A DNA stretch of 64,000 bases from Selaginella moellendorffii (taxonomy: Eukaryota; Plantae; Lycopodiophyta): assembly GCF_000143415.4 (NCBI RefSeq), contig NW_003314398.1:288133-352132 (forward strand), given 5' to 3'. Under the pieces are notes generated by a model. It saw only the letters and a program-made list of their open reading frames with translations, was not told where the DNA came from and made no database searches. How positions within the stretch are numbered: the stretch's first letter is position 1; the number at the start of each line of letters is the position of its first letter. This document shows positions 50,590 through 64,000 of this stretch, piece by piece. A program made the translations under genes and the position numbers.

Positions 50590-53500
50590 AATACATGGTC
50601 ACCTATCTGGAATGGATGCTTGGCAATTCTCTTGTTGAAGTTTCTAGCAGAATGTTGCTGCTCTTGTCAAATGTTAGCTTTTGCATGCTCACCTCAGGTC
50701 CTACAGTTCTTGGCTAAATGCTCAATGTATTTCACGAAGTCTAGGCTCTCCTCTAGAGCTGGCATGTCAGGCATTAGATGTTATGGCTTCCTTGACCTCT
50801 ATAAAGCAACTCAAAAGCCCATGGACTCATGTTTAGAGATCCTGTATGCACTTTAGCCTTGGAAACAAAGTGTCCCAATCCCAGTTGCTGAAACCATGTG
50901 GCCAAGACTTTCCATGAAGAGGTGGCATTTCCTGGGCTTGACTTTTAGGCCTGTTGCTGAAAAGACTCTCCTCATATCCAAGAGATCTGATCTAGCATCC
51001 TTATACATTGACATCATCAATGTATACCAAGGCACATTCCCATCTCAGGCTCCCAAGTACTTTATCCATGAGACACTGGAATGTGGTGCTTGCATTACAT
51101 AAACCAAATGGCATCATGTTGAACTGGAATAGTCCATCCCTGCAGATGAATGCCATCTTCTCTTGGTCTTCTTCACATACTAGAACTTGTCAAAAACCCG
51201 ATGCTAGATCTAACGAGCTGAAAAATCTTGCACCTACGAGCTGGTCAAGTGTATCATCCACCCATACACGTTTCTCTTTGTCACTGCATTCAAGTTTTGG
51301 TAATCAACGCACAATCTCATGCTCCCATCTTTCTTTGCCACCATCACAACTGATGATGCCCATGGAGAGGTTGACGGCTCCACAACTGCATCAAGAATCT
51401 TCTGCAGCTCCTCAGATAGTCATAGCACCCTTCTCTGTTTTGGAGATTCGCCGTAAGGATGTTGCTTGATAGGATGCTCAGCTATTGTGTGGATTCTGTG
51501 TTGTATTATGTCCGTTTTGCCAATGTTGTTGGCCTTCGTGCTGGAAATGTGCCAGTATCGAAGAAGCAATTCATTGAGCTCATTCTCTATCCTGGCTCCT
51601 GCTAAGCACGGGCCAAGCTGTAGCTGTGACTTCACCTAGGTCAGAAATTCCTTGTCGCATTGAGAGTGCTCAACCTTCAGTGCCTCATCATCAAACTTGA
51701 TAGTAGATACACATACTTCCCAAGTCTATGCCCCAGGCTGATGCTGGAGAGCTTGCACAGGTGAGGAATGTTGGTGATTGATGCTATCCTCTCACAGTGC
51801 AGCAACACCAAATGTTCACCTCTGTGGTTTTAGACAGCATAGGGCGAGACGTTGCTTATTAGCACCTTGTGCACTTGGCGTGCTCCAGCATCCCGGCAGC
51901 AAACAGGCCCTGCCTCCTGGCTTGGTTGTTTGCCATGACCTCCATGTATGACCTGACTCTGTTGTTTGTTGTGACCTCCATGTACAATAAGCTCGAGCAG
52001 ATCACTGCCACTCTCATCCTCGTATCTAGAACTAAGGCCAGGAGGATAATATTATCTCCCTTTATATCATAAGCCTTGTATGGTTGGTGTGCCACACCTT
52101 TTTTTTCTAGGGTCTTCCAAATATAGAGGACTTCATCTTCTGTCTCATTGCAAAAGCTTGGCAATCATGAACTTATTGCCCCTCACATAAGTAACCTCTT
52201 TTTGCGTATCTTGATAGCTGCATCCACCTTTGATAGATGCTGGAGGATTAAGCAGCCCTCCCAGTCAAACACTGTCTACACCACCTTACATAAGTAGCCT
52301 ATCTTTCCACCTTTGGTAGATGAGGATTCCATAGGGCTTGTTTAAGTTTAAAGATGTGAATGTGTATGTGTAAGGTCCTGAATTTGGATTTACTCAAACC
52401 TAAAGACATTATATTCCAAATTGATTGGAAAAATGGATGTTTATAGTATAGTCTCCTTCATAATCTTGTCATTCTTCTTCAAAATATATGCAATCACGAG
52501 CAGCCATCCTCATTGCACATGAAATAAAGTCATTCTGCAAGATTTGTTCTACTAATGTCCTCTTAGTGTGCCTTGGCATGAAGCCATGGCCATCTCCATC
52601 ACACTTTGAGCACCAAGTACTAGTTCTCTACTGTTGTCACTAACAACTAAAAGAACCATGCTAGTGTCTACCTCTGCTCCTATTGTACTCACCTCGACAT
52701 GCTATAAGCTTTCAGTGCTCTAGATCCTTTGACTCTTCCCTATTAGACTCACAACATATTTCTATTGCTACCAAGTGTTTTCTCCTCCCACTCTCAGGTA
52801 GCCTTGTTTGCCATGCTTAGCAAATCCTTAAGCCTTGCTTGCTTGGTAGGAAATATTGTGTGCTTCTAGTGCTATGCATAACACATTCACTTTCTCACAA
52901 CTAGCCACTCTATTATTGTGTGTTGTATAGTAAAAAATATCGAGGTAAAGGTCAAACTCTGCACCCATCTTATACACAAGGTATTGATGTGCAATGCCAA
53001 AGAAATCTTTAGTAAAAAAAGCTCCTTTTTTACTTGAGTGTCATGCATAGGAGCTAGCAACTTTCCTAGTTTTCATGCTATTTTGGGGTTCTTGAGGAGT
53101 GCTATAATAGGCACTATAAGCTTCTCATCCATCCACATGGTCTAGGGCCAAGCCGTCATTATCAGCTCCCCACTATGGCTCCTTTGACACGATTGAATGT
53201 GTCCTCCCTTTCCCTCAAGGGGAGAGGAATGTGAATCTCCTTGTCTAGAAGTCCTTCCTCTTGAGAGTGGAGATGCCATTTTTCCTAAAAATAGGAGGAG
53301 GGAGATTTCCAGAAGTGAGGTGGCATTCCAAAGTATGGAGACACTATAGCAAACAATTGACTAAACAAATAGCTACTAGAGACAAACAATTACAATAACA
53401 AACTTACACTCTCATATTGGGAGAAGATGCATAAAGAGGGGTGTGGATGAGTGTCCAAGTAATCATGCTATAAGGAGCATCATGAGGGGTTAGTAGAGGA

Positions 53501-53650
53501 AACCACAAGAACTCTTAGATGTGCTAGCTGATCCCCTTGCTAACAACACCATCCCCTCCATGTTAGATTCTTAAGCATGTTAGTATGGTTCACATCCTCT
53601 ACCACATGGCTAGCCTTGAGTCCTCCTATGGATCAATATGGGCTGTTATA
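50590..53650 (-). mobile_element. Decayed Ty3/Gypsy gag-pol
   Basis: Minus-strand RT remnants MPFGLCNA..TFQ (about 51075-51118), LVYIDDV (about 51010-51030), GLKVKPRKCHLF and IGKTDIIQHRIHT. Many stops; ends are approximate. Confidence 0.75.
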
Positions 53651-53941
53651 ATGTACTTTGTACTTTGTCTTGTAGGGCATTCATTAGAATTCATTGTAGA
53701 ATTGCAATACAAGTGGATAATTAATTATCTAACATAAAATACTTTGTCTATACAATAGAAGGATTAATAAATTCTATGCAAAAATGGAGGTGCTGGTTCC
53801 CTTTGGCTCAATAAAGGTTGTTAGTTAATAAACTAAAAAAGGGGCATATAATTTGAATGAACAAAATTCTATAATGTTTTAAATATTTTTCAAAATATTT
53901 AAATCTTTAAAAAGTATTACTTAATAAGAATTATTTCAAAA

Positions 53942-56900
53942 TGTGAGGTCGAAGTGTAATGCCATATACTAATATTAGCATAGTGGGATTTTGGTAGCCA
54001 TCAGATTGGTTTCAATCTAAACCACTCCTATATATAAACTAAGGTTTTTAGGCTAACTGATATGCAAAGCACTCCTTAAGGATAATCAAAAGTGCCCCTT
54101 ACCTCCACCAATGTGAGTGTATGGAAAGGGAATATAGAAAATGGGATTTGGGATTTTGGTTTATATCTAACTTTTGCATTGTTTAGATCTAATTTTTTCC
54201 ATTTCCTTTCTTTTAGGATTTTGGTTTATATCTAGCTTTTGTATTATTTAAATCTCCCTTTCCTTTTAGTTTTTACTCTTTTCTTTTCATTCATCTTTAT
54301 GATAGAGTAGTAGTCTCCTCCTCCATGGACTCTAGAGTAGCAATTGGTGCAATTGCTTGATGTTATGCAATTGCAATTGAATAACCAAATTTAATTAATG
54401 GCGGCATTCATGGCATGTGGTACAACTCCTCTTGCTCTTAGTGCCAATCCTTGTGTTCAACTGGAGTTCTTTCGTGGGAATCCTAGGGATGATATGTACT
54501 ATTAATTCGATCACTTTATGATGATTGTCACATATCATTTTTGGAATGATGTTCGACATTTACATGAGTTTTCCATATGTCTCCAAGAGGCAGTGCTATA
54601 GTGGTACAATGGTTTGAGCGCAGCCACTCGTGGGGATTAAAATATTCTCCCAAATGTCTTCAGATGTATATTCAAACATGCTAACAATTTTAATGATGTC
54701 TTTTAACAATTGCATCATCTTCATCAAGGGCCATTTGAGTTAGTAATGCAATTTAGCGTTCGTTTCCGAAACCTTTTACTTCATGTGGAGTTAAATATGT
54801 TGGAGCAGATCAAGCTAGAAATGTTGTGGCCAATATTTTATCAAAATCTTATAAGACTTATGCATACACTTGCTTCAATCACTCTTGACGATGCCCTTCG
54901 CTTAGCACAATGTTATGAGATATTTCTTCTTCCATTTCTCACTGCACGTCCTTTAGCTCCACTTCCTGTAGGAGATGATCCTATTCTAATGGATGTTGAT
55001 ATTGCTATTGCTCAAGGTTAAGGATGTGGTCGTGGCTATAATGTTTGTTGTTAGGCATGTGATGAAGTTGGTCACACTTATCGGTGTTATCGATGTTTTC
55101 CGGATTGGCGGCCTCCATTTCCTAGGTGGAGACCTTGGCATCAACAATGTCCTGTTGGTGTTCCTGCAGTGAAAGGTCTAGACACCGAGATGCATTTGAG
55201 AAATGAAAAGTCGTGCGAATAATAAAGAGACCTTGCACGAATAAGTTAGAGACCCTTCCATCTTTCTTTCGGGAGTATCATTAAAGGGTTCACTTGGCAA
55301 CAATTCATCCAATGTTTACTTTCCAAGCTCATTTTTATAACAAGAGGTCTTTTATTATTCTCTCCATGTTAATTGATATAAGTTTGAGTTTATCTTTTAT
55401 TGCTTGACTTGTTGCCACATGTTATCGTCTACATTTGCATTGTGTAGTGGAGCCAGTTTTCATTCTTTATAGCAATGGCTATACACATGCATATGTATAA
55501 GATGAAGCGGACCTAATTGTGAGTGTGGGTGATCTTGAACTTGGGTTGTAGTCATTGTGAGTGGTGTTAAATCAAGATTTTGACCTCATCCTTAGTATAG
55601 ATTAATTGCAGTGCCATTATGCGAAGTATTACTTTAAGGCTTCTATCACTTCCGTACCTCTTTGTCCCTCTATTTTTATTTTTTCTTCCATTATTTTTGT
55701 TTCCCCATTATTTCCTTCTATGTTTCTATTTTGTTCCACTCCTTTTTCTGATCCCTCCTATGACCTTTGTGTTGCAGCAATTGACTGCCTCATAGAGGAG
55801 TATACCAATCTCTTTGGATTTAACCTATTGTCTAGGGCTAAGATTACCACGTGTTATTCGATTCCAACCAGGGATGTTGATCTAATCAAGGTTTTTGTTT
55901 GTCGTTGGTCACCCAAAGAGATCAACATTTTACGTGCAAATGTCAATGAAATGTTGGAAAAGGGTATTATTTGAAAGTTGTGGAGTCCTTGGGCATGTGA
56001 ACCTCATCTTGTGATAAAGCCTAATGGGAGTATTTGTTTTTGCATTGACTATTATTTGTTAAAGAAAGTGACGATCCCAAATGTGTACCCTTTTCCTCAC
56101 ACTATTGATCTTTTGGATTATCTAGGAAGAAGTCATTAATTCACCAAGTTAAATTTTGCTTTTGGGTACTGGTAAATATCAATGGCCAAAGAAGATATTC
56201 CTAAGATTGTTTTTCATACACCATTTGGTTTGTACGAGTTTTTGGTGATGCCATTTGGTTTGAACAATGCTCTAGCAACTTTTCAGTAGATGATGAACGA
56301 GCTTCTTTGCAATATGCTAGAAATGACTACTGACTTCATTAATGATGTCTTGATCCACTCAGAAGGGACGTGGGAGGAATATGTCCGTAATGTTTGTAAA
56401 GTGTTAGATCAGTTACAGGACATTAATTTAAAATTGAAGCAGTCGAAATGCGTGTTTAGGTCCAAAGACATGACTTATATTAGGTATTGTATTTCTTGTG
56501 AGGGTTTGCAAGTTAATCTTGACAAATTTGTGGCTGTTCTAAAGTTCCCTATTCTGAAGTGTATGAATGATGTCCAACACTTCTTGGGCAAGGTGTAGTA
56601 TCTCGGTCATTTTGTGGATCATCTTTCTGATTGCATTGCACTGTTCCAAGCATTGCTAAAGTCATCAACATCATCTTTCATCTGGTTTGTAGACTGTGAG
56701 TGGGTGTTCATAGATCTCAAAGAACTATTAATGACTCCTCTGGTTTTTGTAAATCTTAACTACACTTAACCTTTCATTTTGTGCATGGATGCTTCTGATA
56801 TTACTTTTGGAGGTGTGTTAATGCAAAAGAGCCTAAGTGTGTCTGGTCATTGCCATCCCATTACATACATAAGCCATACATTACAACTAGCAAAGGTGAA

Positions 56901-58804
56901 CTACTCCATAATAAAGAAGGAGTGTTTAGTAGCAGTTTGGGGTTTCAAGAGACTTCATGCATATCTACATGGTTCTCGGACATTATTAGAACATGATCAT
57001 ATTGTTATTACTTCATTATTAAAATGGAAGAACTTGGTTTCAATGGGCTTTAAAGCTTCAGATATATGATTTTGATGTTGTTCATCGCTCGAGGAGTTCT
57101 ATGGTTGATGCTAATGCCCTTTCTCGAACTCCTCTTCCTTTTTTATTCTTTTCTCATGTTTCTGACGAACTTGTTCCAACATCTATGAATTTTCTAAATG
57201 AGGATTCTGTGTCGTTGACAGTTGCTATATTTGATATTCAGTGTTCACAAGGTGCAAAGCAAGATCTACCTTTCACTTGACGAGGTTCAAGAAGCTCAAA
57301 AGATTGAGCTATGGATTCGAAGGTTTCAAGATGGGTTTGAGAATCTTGCATCACTTGCTGATGACTTGCCATTTTAGCATTTACATTCTTAATATCACTT
57401 TGAAAAAGGCCTTCTTTATTTTATGGGGATGGATCTTAATGATCATTTAAGACTAGTGGTGCCTTCAATCTTTATTCTACAATTTTTCCATGCTTACCAT
57501 GATTCTTTTGTTTTAGGCAAGCATATCGAATATCATTGTGTGACTGAGAAGCTACGTAGGTCTTTCTATTAGCTAGAGATGCGACATGATATTATCTGGT
57601 ATGTGCATAGCTATTTTTAGTGCCAAGTTTGTAATACTCCCCCTCATACTGCGAAAGAACAGTTATAGTTTCCTATCTGTTTGAGTTGGTGACATTTGAT
57701 CTTATGAAACCTTTTCCATGATCGATTGTTAGCAATGAGTATGTTATTATTGTTTTTGACTACTTGATTTGTTGAGTGGAAGTTGGTGCTCTTACTAATA
57801 TCTCTGCAACTGTTGTTAGATACTTCCTCCTCAATCGAATGATGTTTTAACATTCTTATTTGAAGTGGATTCTTTTGGATAATAGTCCTGCATTTATGGC
57901 TAAAGCATTTCATATTTTGATGTCTCGATTAGGGATATGCCACATTTTCATGAGTGCTTATCATCCATAGTTAAACAATTTAGTGGAACAGTTCGTTGGA
58001 CATTCAAAGGGATGATCGTGAAGTATGTGAACTTTCAGCATTTGGATTGGGATGGTTATTTGTTGTCTCTTTAGTATGCATATGTCATAAGTTCTATTGA
58101 TGCTTCACCATATAAACTTCTATATGATCATGATCTAATATTATCAATGAAGTTGGGTTTACTTTTGCGATTGCCACAAGTTGTTGATGCTAGGTCATAG
58201 GATCAATATTTGATAAGCATTCTTCCACTTGTTTGAATAGAGTTTGCCGAATATCTAGGCTACGTACAAGTGGGACAATAACAATGCTACAACTCCTATC
58301 ATCATTCACCTGCGGAGTATAAAGTGGATGGTTGGATGTTAGTCTATTTTCTCTATCTTACTATACGTGATTTATCTCAGTGGAAAAGATCATATCAAGT
58401 GTTGCAGCAAATTGGACCACAAGTTTATGAGGTTTGGCATGACGTCTAACAAGCCAATCCTCTAGAAATTATGCATTTGCAACAGTTAAAACACTTCGTA
58501 CAAAGGGATCAAGAACAATTAGTACCACTTATAGATGTATCGATACCTCCTTCTAATGTTCCTCCAAATCCTGGCCCATATATGAAAGAATTTTGATAGT
58601 CTTCCATTATTCCGAGAGGAGGGGATGATGCGAGGTCTAAGTGTACAATTATGATGCCATATACTAATATTAGTATAGTGGGATTTTAGTAAGCATCGGA
58701 TTGGTTTCAATTTGAACCACTTGCTCTTATATATAAACTAGGGTTTTTGGGTTAATTGATATGCACATTTTCTGTATTCTCTTTCCATATTCCATACACT
58801 CACA
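53942..58804 (+). mobile_element. Decayed Ty3/Gypsy element with short LTRs (5' LTR from 53942, 3' LTR 58629-58804)
   Basis: RT ([20 protein letters not shown]), RNase H (DASD...NYS..KECL) and then integrase, the Gypsy order. PPT gagaggagggga precedes 58629. Confidence 0.85.
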
Positions 58805-60335
58805 AAAACAATTAAAGAAACTATCTCCTTTAATATATTAATGACATGGAATTTTATTATTTTTTCATTACTATTATCTATAATCAAAGAGTTTGTAGTA
58901 GTTGTTAAAGATCTCATTATTTTGTGATCATGAAAAGTTTTTTCTCCCATCTTGTCTTATAATATTTTGGAGTGGATCATAACACTCATCAAGTATAATA
59001 CAACAATCAAAATGTGATTGTAGATCTAGGGGGAGTACCTAGAGTGGGCAGTGTTGCAATATATATCAATTCAAAACACATATGTTTAAATTTCTTAAAT
59101 ACACATATATATATATGACTATATAATTGGCATGTATGGCCATGTATGAATTCTTAATTCATACCAGTTTATTTGCCACATTAATATCTTTTCTTTGTCT
59201 TTTAAATTTGGAAAGAATGGCATGAATGATTAATCTATCAACCTGATTGGAAGCACAACTAAACCAGGCATCATAAATGCTGCCTACCAAAGAATCACTA
59301 ACCATTAGCCCATGAGAGCGAATGGAAATGTCAGTGCTGGCAACAACAGTAGAGCAAGAGCCACCAAACAGGGCTAGAAGTTCATGGTACCAGCATCCAG
59401 AGTTCCACTACCAGCTGTGCTAATTTGGCAATGCCATCACTGCACTAAAGCACTTGATTAGGGCTCTTGATGTTGTGTGTGGCATTGAGCACACACTCAT
59501 TATCTTCAGTGGCTACATGTATTTAAGTGTCAATTTAGAGTTTGGCTGATTTATAACTCAAAATAGGCAAGAATCTTGAATGCCAATATGATGCTCAATT
59601 TCTTCACCAAAACAAAGGTTTGATCCAGGGGAATCACAGCAGCAATAGGTAATGAATAAGATTATTAGTAGATTGATAAATATTGTGGTGCTATATGGCA
59701 CACTAAATTAGCCAGAGCATGTGATCTTAGTATTGGCAGCACACTCAAGGAAATAGAGCTAGTGGCATAGAGTGCTATGGCTGCAAGCAAGGGATTTCTT
59801 TACTATAATCTTGTGGGAAGGCACTTGTCACTTTTAAGAGTGTAGTAATGAATGATTAAGGTGGGGTTTATTTGCTTGTGCTTTGCACATTCTTATACAT
59901 GCTAAGCACCATGGATCATAAATTTGAATTGTATCACTCAAAAAAGAATAGATGACATGGCTGCATATATAGCATGAACTGTTTGTCTATATAGAATGCC
60001 CCTATGCATGTAGCATATCCCATACAAATATTATAATGTGTTTCCATTGCTATTATAGCAATCAAAACATATTTATATGCATAATCTTTTTATGAAATTT
60101 AAAATAAAAAATATATGTGCATATGTGTAAATAAAAGATGTACCAATATGTAAATTGAAAAACTTATGATATAATAATAATAATAACTGTGATTTATAAT
60201 ATAAAACAACATTATAGGACCATTTGGAAAATCCAAAAAATGAAATAGTAGCTACAATATCATTGACTTGTGAGATTTATATTATACTATATCTATATAT
60301 GTTATTTCTTAGTAATTTGTTAATTAATATCACTA

Positions 60336-63300
60336 TGTGAGTGAATGGAATATAGAAATAAAATATAAAAATGTGTATATACAATTATCTTAGTTTATAT
60401 AAGTTTATATAATAGTTTATATATAGGAATAAGTGGTCCAGATTGAAACCAATCCCATAGCTATCAAAATTCCATTACACTAATATTAGTATACAACATC
60501 ATAATTGTATATTTAGACCTCACATTATTCCCTCCTCTCAGAAAAATGGAAGGCAATTAAGGTCCCTTAGCTGATGAGTTGCAATCTAGAGGAATATCAG
60601 ACAAAGATACTAGTGGATTTGTAAGTGGTGCAATTTATTTTGGATCCTTTGGCCATAACAACCAATACAATCCTTTCCATTGAGTAAGGAGCCTTTAAAA
60701 CCATGTATTGTAAGATTGAGAAAACAAAACAATCCACTTTATAGTTTGTAGACAGATGATAATAAAAGTTGTAGCACTGTTGTTGTCTCATTTATATGTG
60801 GCCCAAATGTTTAAGGTAAACTCAACTTTATTAACAATATCAAATCATAAGTATATAAAAGTTTATATAGTGAAGCACTAATAGAATTCTGTACTCCAGA
60901 GACATATGCATACCAAAGAAATAGCAAATAACTATTGCAATCCAAATGCTAAAACTTCATATACCTTAAGAATCATAATTTGGCATCAAATGCAACTATG
61001 TACATACCAGATAACATTATATTGCATTTTTGGCCAATAAAAAGGCCTACAAACTTTTTAAACACAAACTAATATTTTATGTACTCACCTAGAATAAAAG
61101 AGGGATATCACTCTACACCCCACACCTTGTAGATATTGAATATTTGTCTAGAAAATTCACTAATGTTGAAATAACAGGCTCATTAAGAACATGAAAAGAA
61201 AGCAAAGAAGGGAGAAGAACTAAAAAAAGGGCATTAGTATTAACTATAGAATTCCCTAAGTAATGAATGATTTCAAAGTAATATATCTGAAGTTTCAAAG
61301 CCCACTAAATTGTACGACCAACCAAGTTTTTCTAATTCAATAATGAAGTGTCTATAGCATGCAAATTACTATTACACACTCTTTCTTTGTTATAGAGTAA
61401 TTCACTTCTGTTAGTTGTAATGTATGGCTGATGTACATGATAAGATAACATTGACCATATATACTTATGCTCTTTTATATCAACACACCTTCAAGACTAA
61501 TATTAAACACATTCACACTCAAGATAAAAAATAGAGTGTAATTAAGATACCCTAAAATTGGAGGAGTTGTTAACACTTCTTTAAGATCCACAAATGCTTG
61601 TTTGTAATCCTTAAACCAGCTAAAAGACAATATGAACAACTTTTTCAATACTCGGTATAGGGGCAATATAGTCAAAAATATAACTAATAAAATAACTAAA
61701 ATATTGCATCTTCCTGAGGAAGTATTTCACATTATTCATACACTTTAAAGTATGAAACTTTAGAATAGCTGCAAGTTCGTCAAAATAAACTTACAAAATT
61801 TTGTAAGAAATATGACATCCAAGATAAATCATGTTTTTGGATCTATATATACATTTCAACCCAAATGACATCACCAAGAACTTATACTAAGTTAAATGGT
61901 GTATAAAAAACAATCTTGAGAACATCCTTCTTGCCATCAAAACTTGCTAGTATGAAAGTAAAATTCAATTTAGTGAACCAACTACTTCACCCCAAACGAA
62001 CTAGAAGATTGGCAATGTGGGGGAGAGGGTACATATTTGAAATCATCACATCACTTAATAGATGATAGTTGATGTAGAAATAAATATTTTTATTAAGTTT
62101 CATCACAAGATGAAATTCACATACCCAAGGATTTTGAGACTTTTGGATAACTACTTTCTCCAACATCTTTTAGACATTTACTCATAAAATATTAATCTCT
62201 TTTGATAACCGACGTTGAACAGAAACCTTGATTACATAAGCATTCCCAATTTAAATAAAATGGCATGTTGCAATTTTGGCCCCAAACAATAGATCAAAGT
62301 CAAATAGCTTAGCATATTCTTATTTCAACCAGTCAACCACTATAGCATAAAGATTATATAAGGGATTTGGAGAATGAATATATGAACAAGAAGGAAATAC
62401 AGTAGGAAGTAATAGGGAGACAAAAAGTGATGGAAATAAAGATAAATACAATAGGAAAAATAAAATTAAAAAAGGGAGTATAAAACAAAAGGGAAAAGCC
62501 TCAAAATCATATTTCATATAATTGTGCTGTAACCAATCCATACTAAAGATAAAGTCAAAAACTTAATTTAGCACCACCCACAAAGATTGAAACTCAAATT
62601 CAAGCACCCATATACACAATTAGGTCTGCCTCATCTTATACACACATATGTGTACAGCCATTGGAATAGAAAATGAAGACTAATTTTACCTTAAAATGAA
62701 AATGTAAATAACTACATAAAGCAATAGCATATAAATTCAAACCTATATTAACCAATATAAAGAAAATAACATTAAACTTTTTGTTATAAAACAGAATTTG
62801 AAAAATTAATACTAGATGAACCGATACTAAATGAACCCCTTCATAGTATTCCTAAAAGAAGGATGAAGGGGTCACTAACTTATTTGTGCAAGGTCCTTTC
62901 ATTATTCATACGACTCCTTATTTCCCAAAAGAATCTTAGTATCAATATTTTCCACTGCAACAACACCAATAGGATATTGTTGATGTCAAGATCTTCACCT
63001 AGGAAATGAAGGACACCAATCTAGAAAATGTTGATAACGCTAATATGTATAGCTAACTTCATCACATGCCTAATAGCGAATATCACAACCATGAATATAT
63101 CTTCTTCCTTGTCCTTGAACAAAGATAACAATAGCATCAACCTCCATTGGAATAGGGTTGTCTCCTGTATGAATTAAAGTTGAAGTATGTGCAATTATAA
63201 GTGGGAGAGATGATGTTTTATAGCATTATACCAATTGAAGAACATTGTTAAGAGTAGTTGGGGCAAGTGCAAGTATAAGTCTTAGAAGATTTTGATGAAG

Positions 63301-64000
63301 TGTTAGCCAACATACTCAACTTAATCTGCTTTAACATATTCAACTCCGTATGGAACAAGAGACTCTAGAAGTGAACATCAAATTGCATAACTACTCAAAT
63401 AACCTTTGATAGAGATGATGCAATTGTTGGAAAATATCATTACAATCATCAATATGTTCAAATGCACGCTTGAATACACATGAAAGGTTTCAATCCATAT
63501 AAATGGTTGCATTTAAACCATTATACCATTGCAATTTTGTCTTTTGCAGATATATAGGGAACTTATATAGAGGGTGAATATCATCCCAAGAATAATAGGT
63601 AGCAATCACTAGAAAATGATTGAATTAATAATACATATCATCCCCAAGATTCCTATAAAAGAAATTTATCCGAATATGAAGATTGGCAGTAAGAGCTGGC
63701 AGAGTTGCACTACATACTATGAACACCACTATCAATTGACTTTGATTAATCAATTGCAATCACATAGCATGAGCAATTTCATTAATTGTTACTTGAAGAT
63801 GATCAAAAAGAAAAATGAAAAGCCAAAAACAAATAAATAAAAAAATTTATAAGAACAAATAATCTAGATAATACAAAAGCTAAGTCTTAAAAAAAAGCAT
63901 AAATCCAAATATTTCTTAGGGAATATTAAAATTATTATCCATCTTCACCAATGTAAGTGTATGGAATATAGAAATGAATACAGAATAAATCAGTAAGGAG
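60336..64000 (-). mobile_element. Second, more decayed copy of the same Gypsy family, opposite orientation
   Basis: 3' LTR 60336-60524 with PPT; 5' LTR starts at 63952 with adjacent tggtgaag PBS-like sequence. Internal region is collinear with the reverse of 54300-58620, with deletions. Confidence 0.8.

Overview
Eukaryotic land-plant genomic DNA. The 45-75 bp introns, GC-rich exons and Cassandra elements suggest a small-genome non-seed plant such as Selaginella; this is an inference. The window is mostly nested transposons around one island of three host genes: a CYP72-clan P450 and two NPF/PTR transporters at about 40.2-46.9 kb. The main find is a 13,018-bp DNA transposon (12259-25276) with perfect 24-bp TIRs and a 4-bp CAAT target duplication, and its empty site is preserved elsewhere in the window. 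It carries a Sola-like DDD transposase pseudogene on the minus strand. Divergent from it is a 10-exon, ~1,590-codon accessory gene that appears to fuse a ParB/Srx-like domain, a degenerate beta-class amino-methyltransferase-like fold, an acidic linker and an FCP1/NIF HAD phosphatase. About 20 copies of a 20-bp palindrome (TGGCRTGNGGCCNCAYGCCA) are spread through the element, often in introns or UTRs, and I found no full copy outside it. This looks like a self-recognition system (parS-like, or VANC-like anti-silencing). The rest comprises a stack of large non-coding LTR elements, a Cassandra TRIM, a second TRIM family, a split HECT pseudogene and three decayed Gypsy elements. Protein family calls are by motif recognition only; no searches were run.
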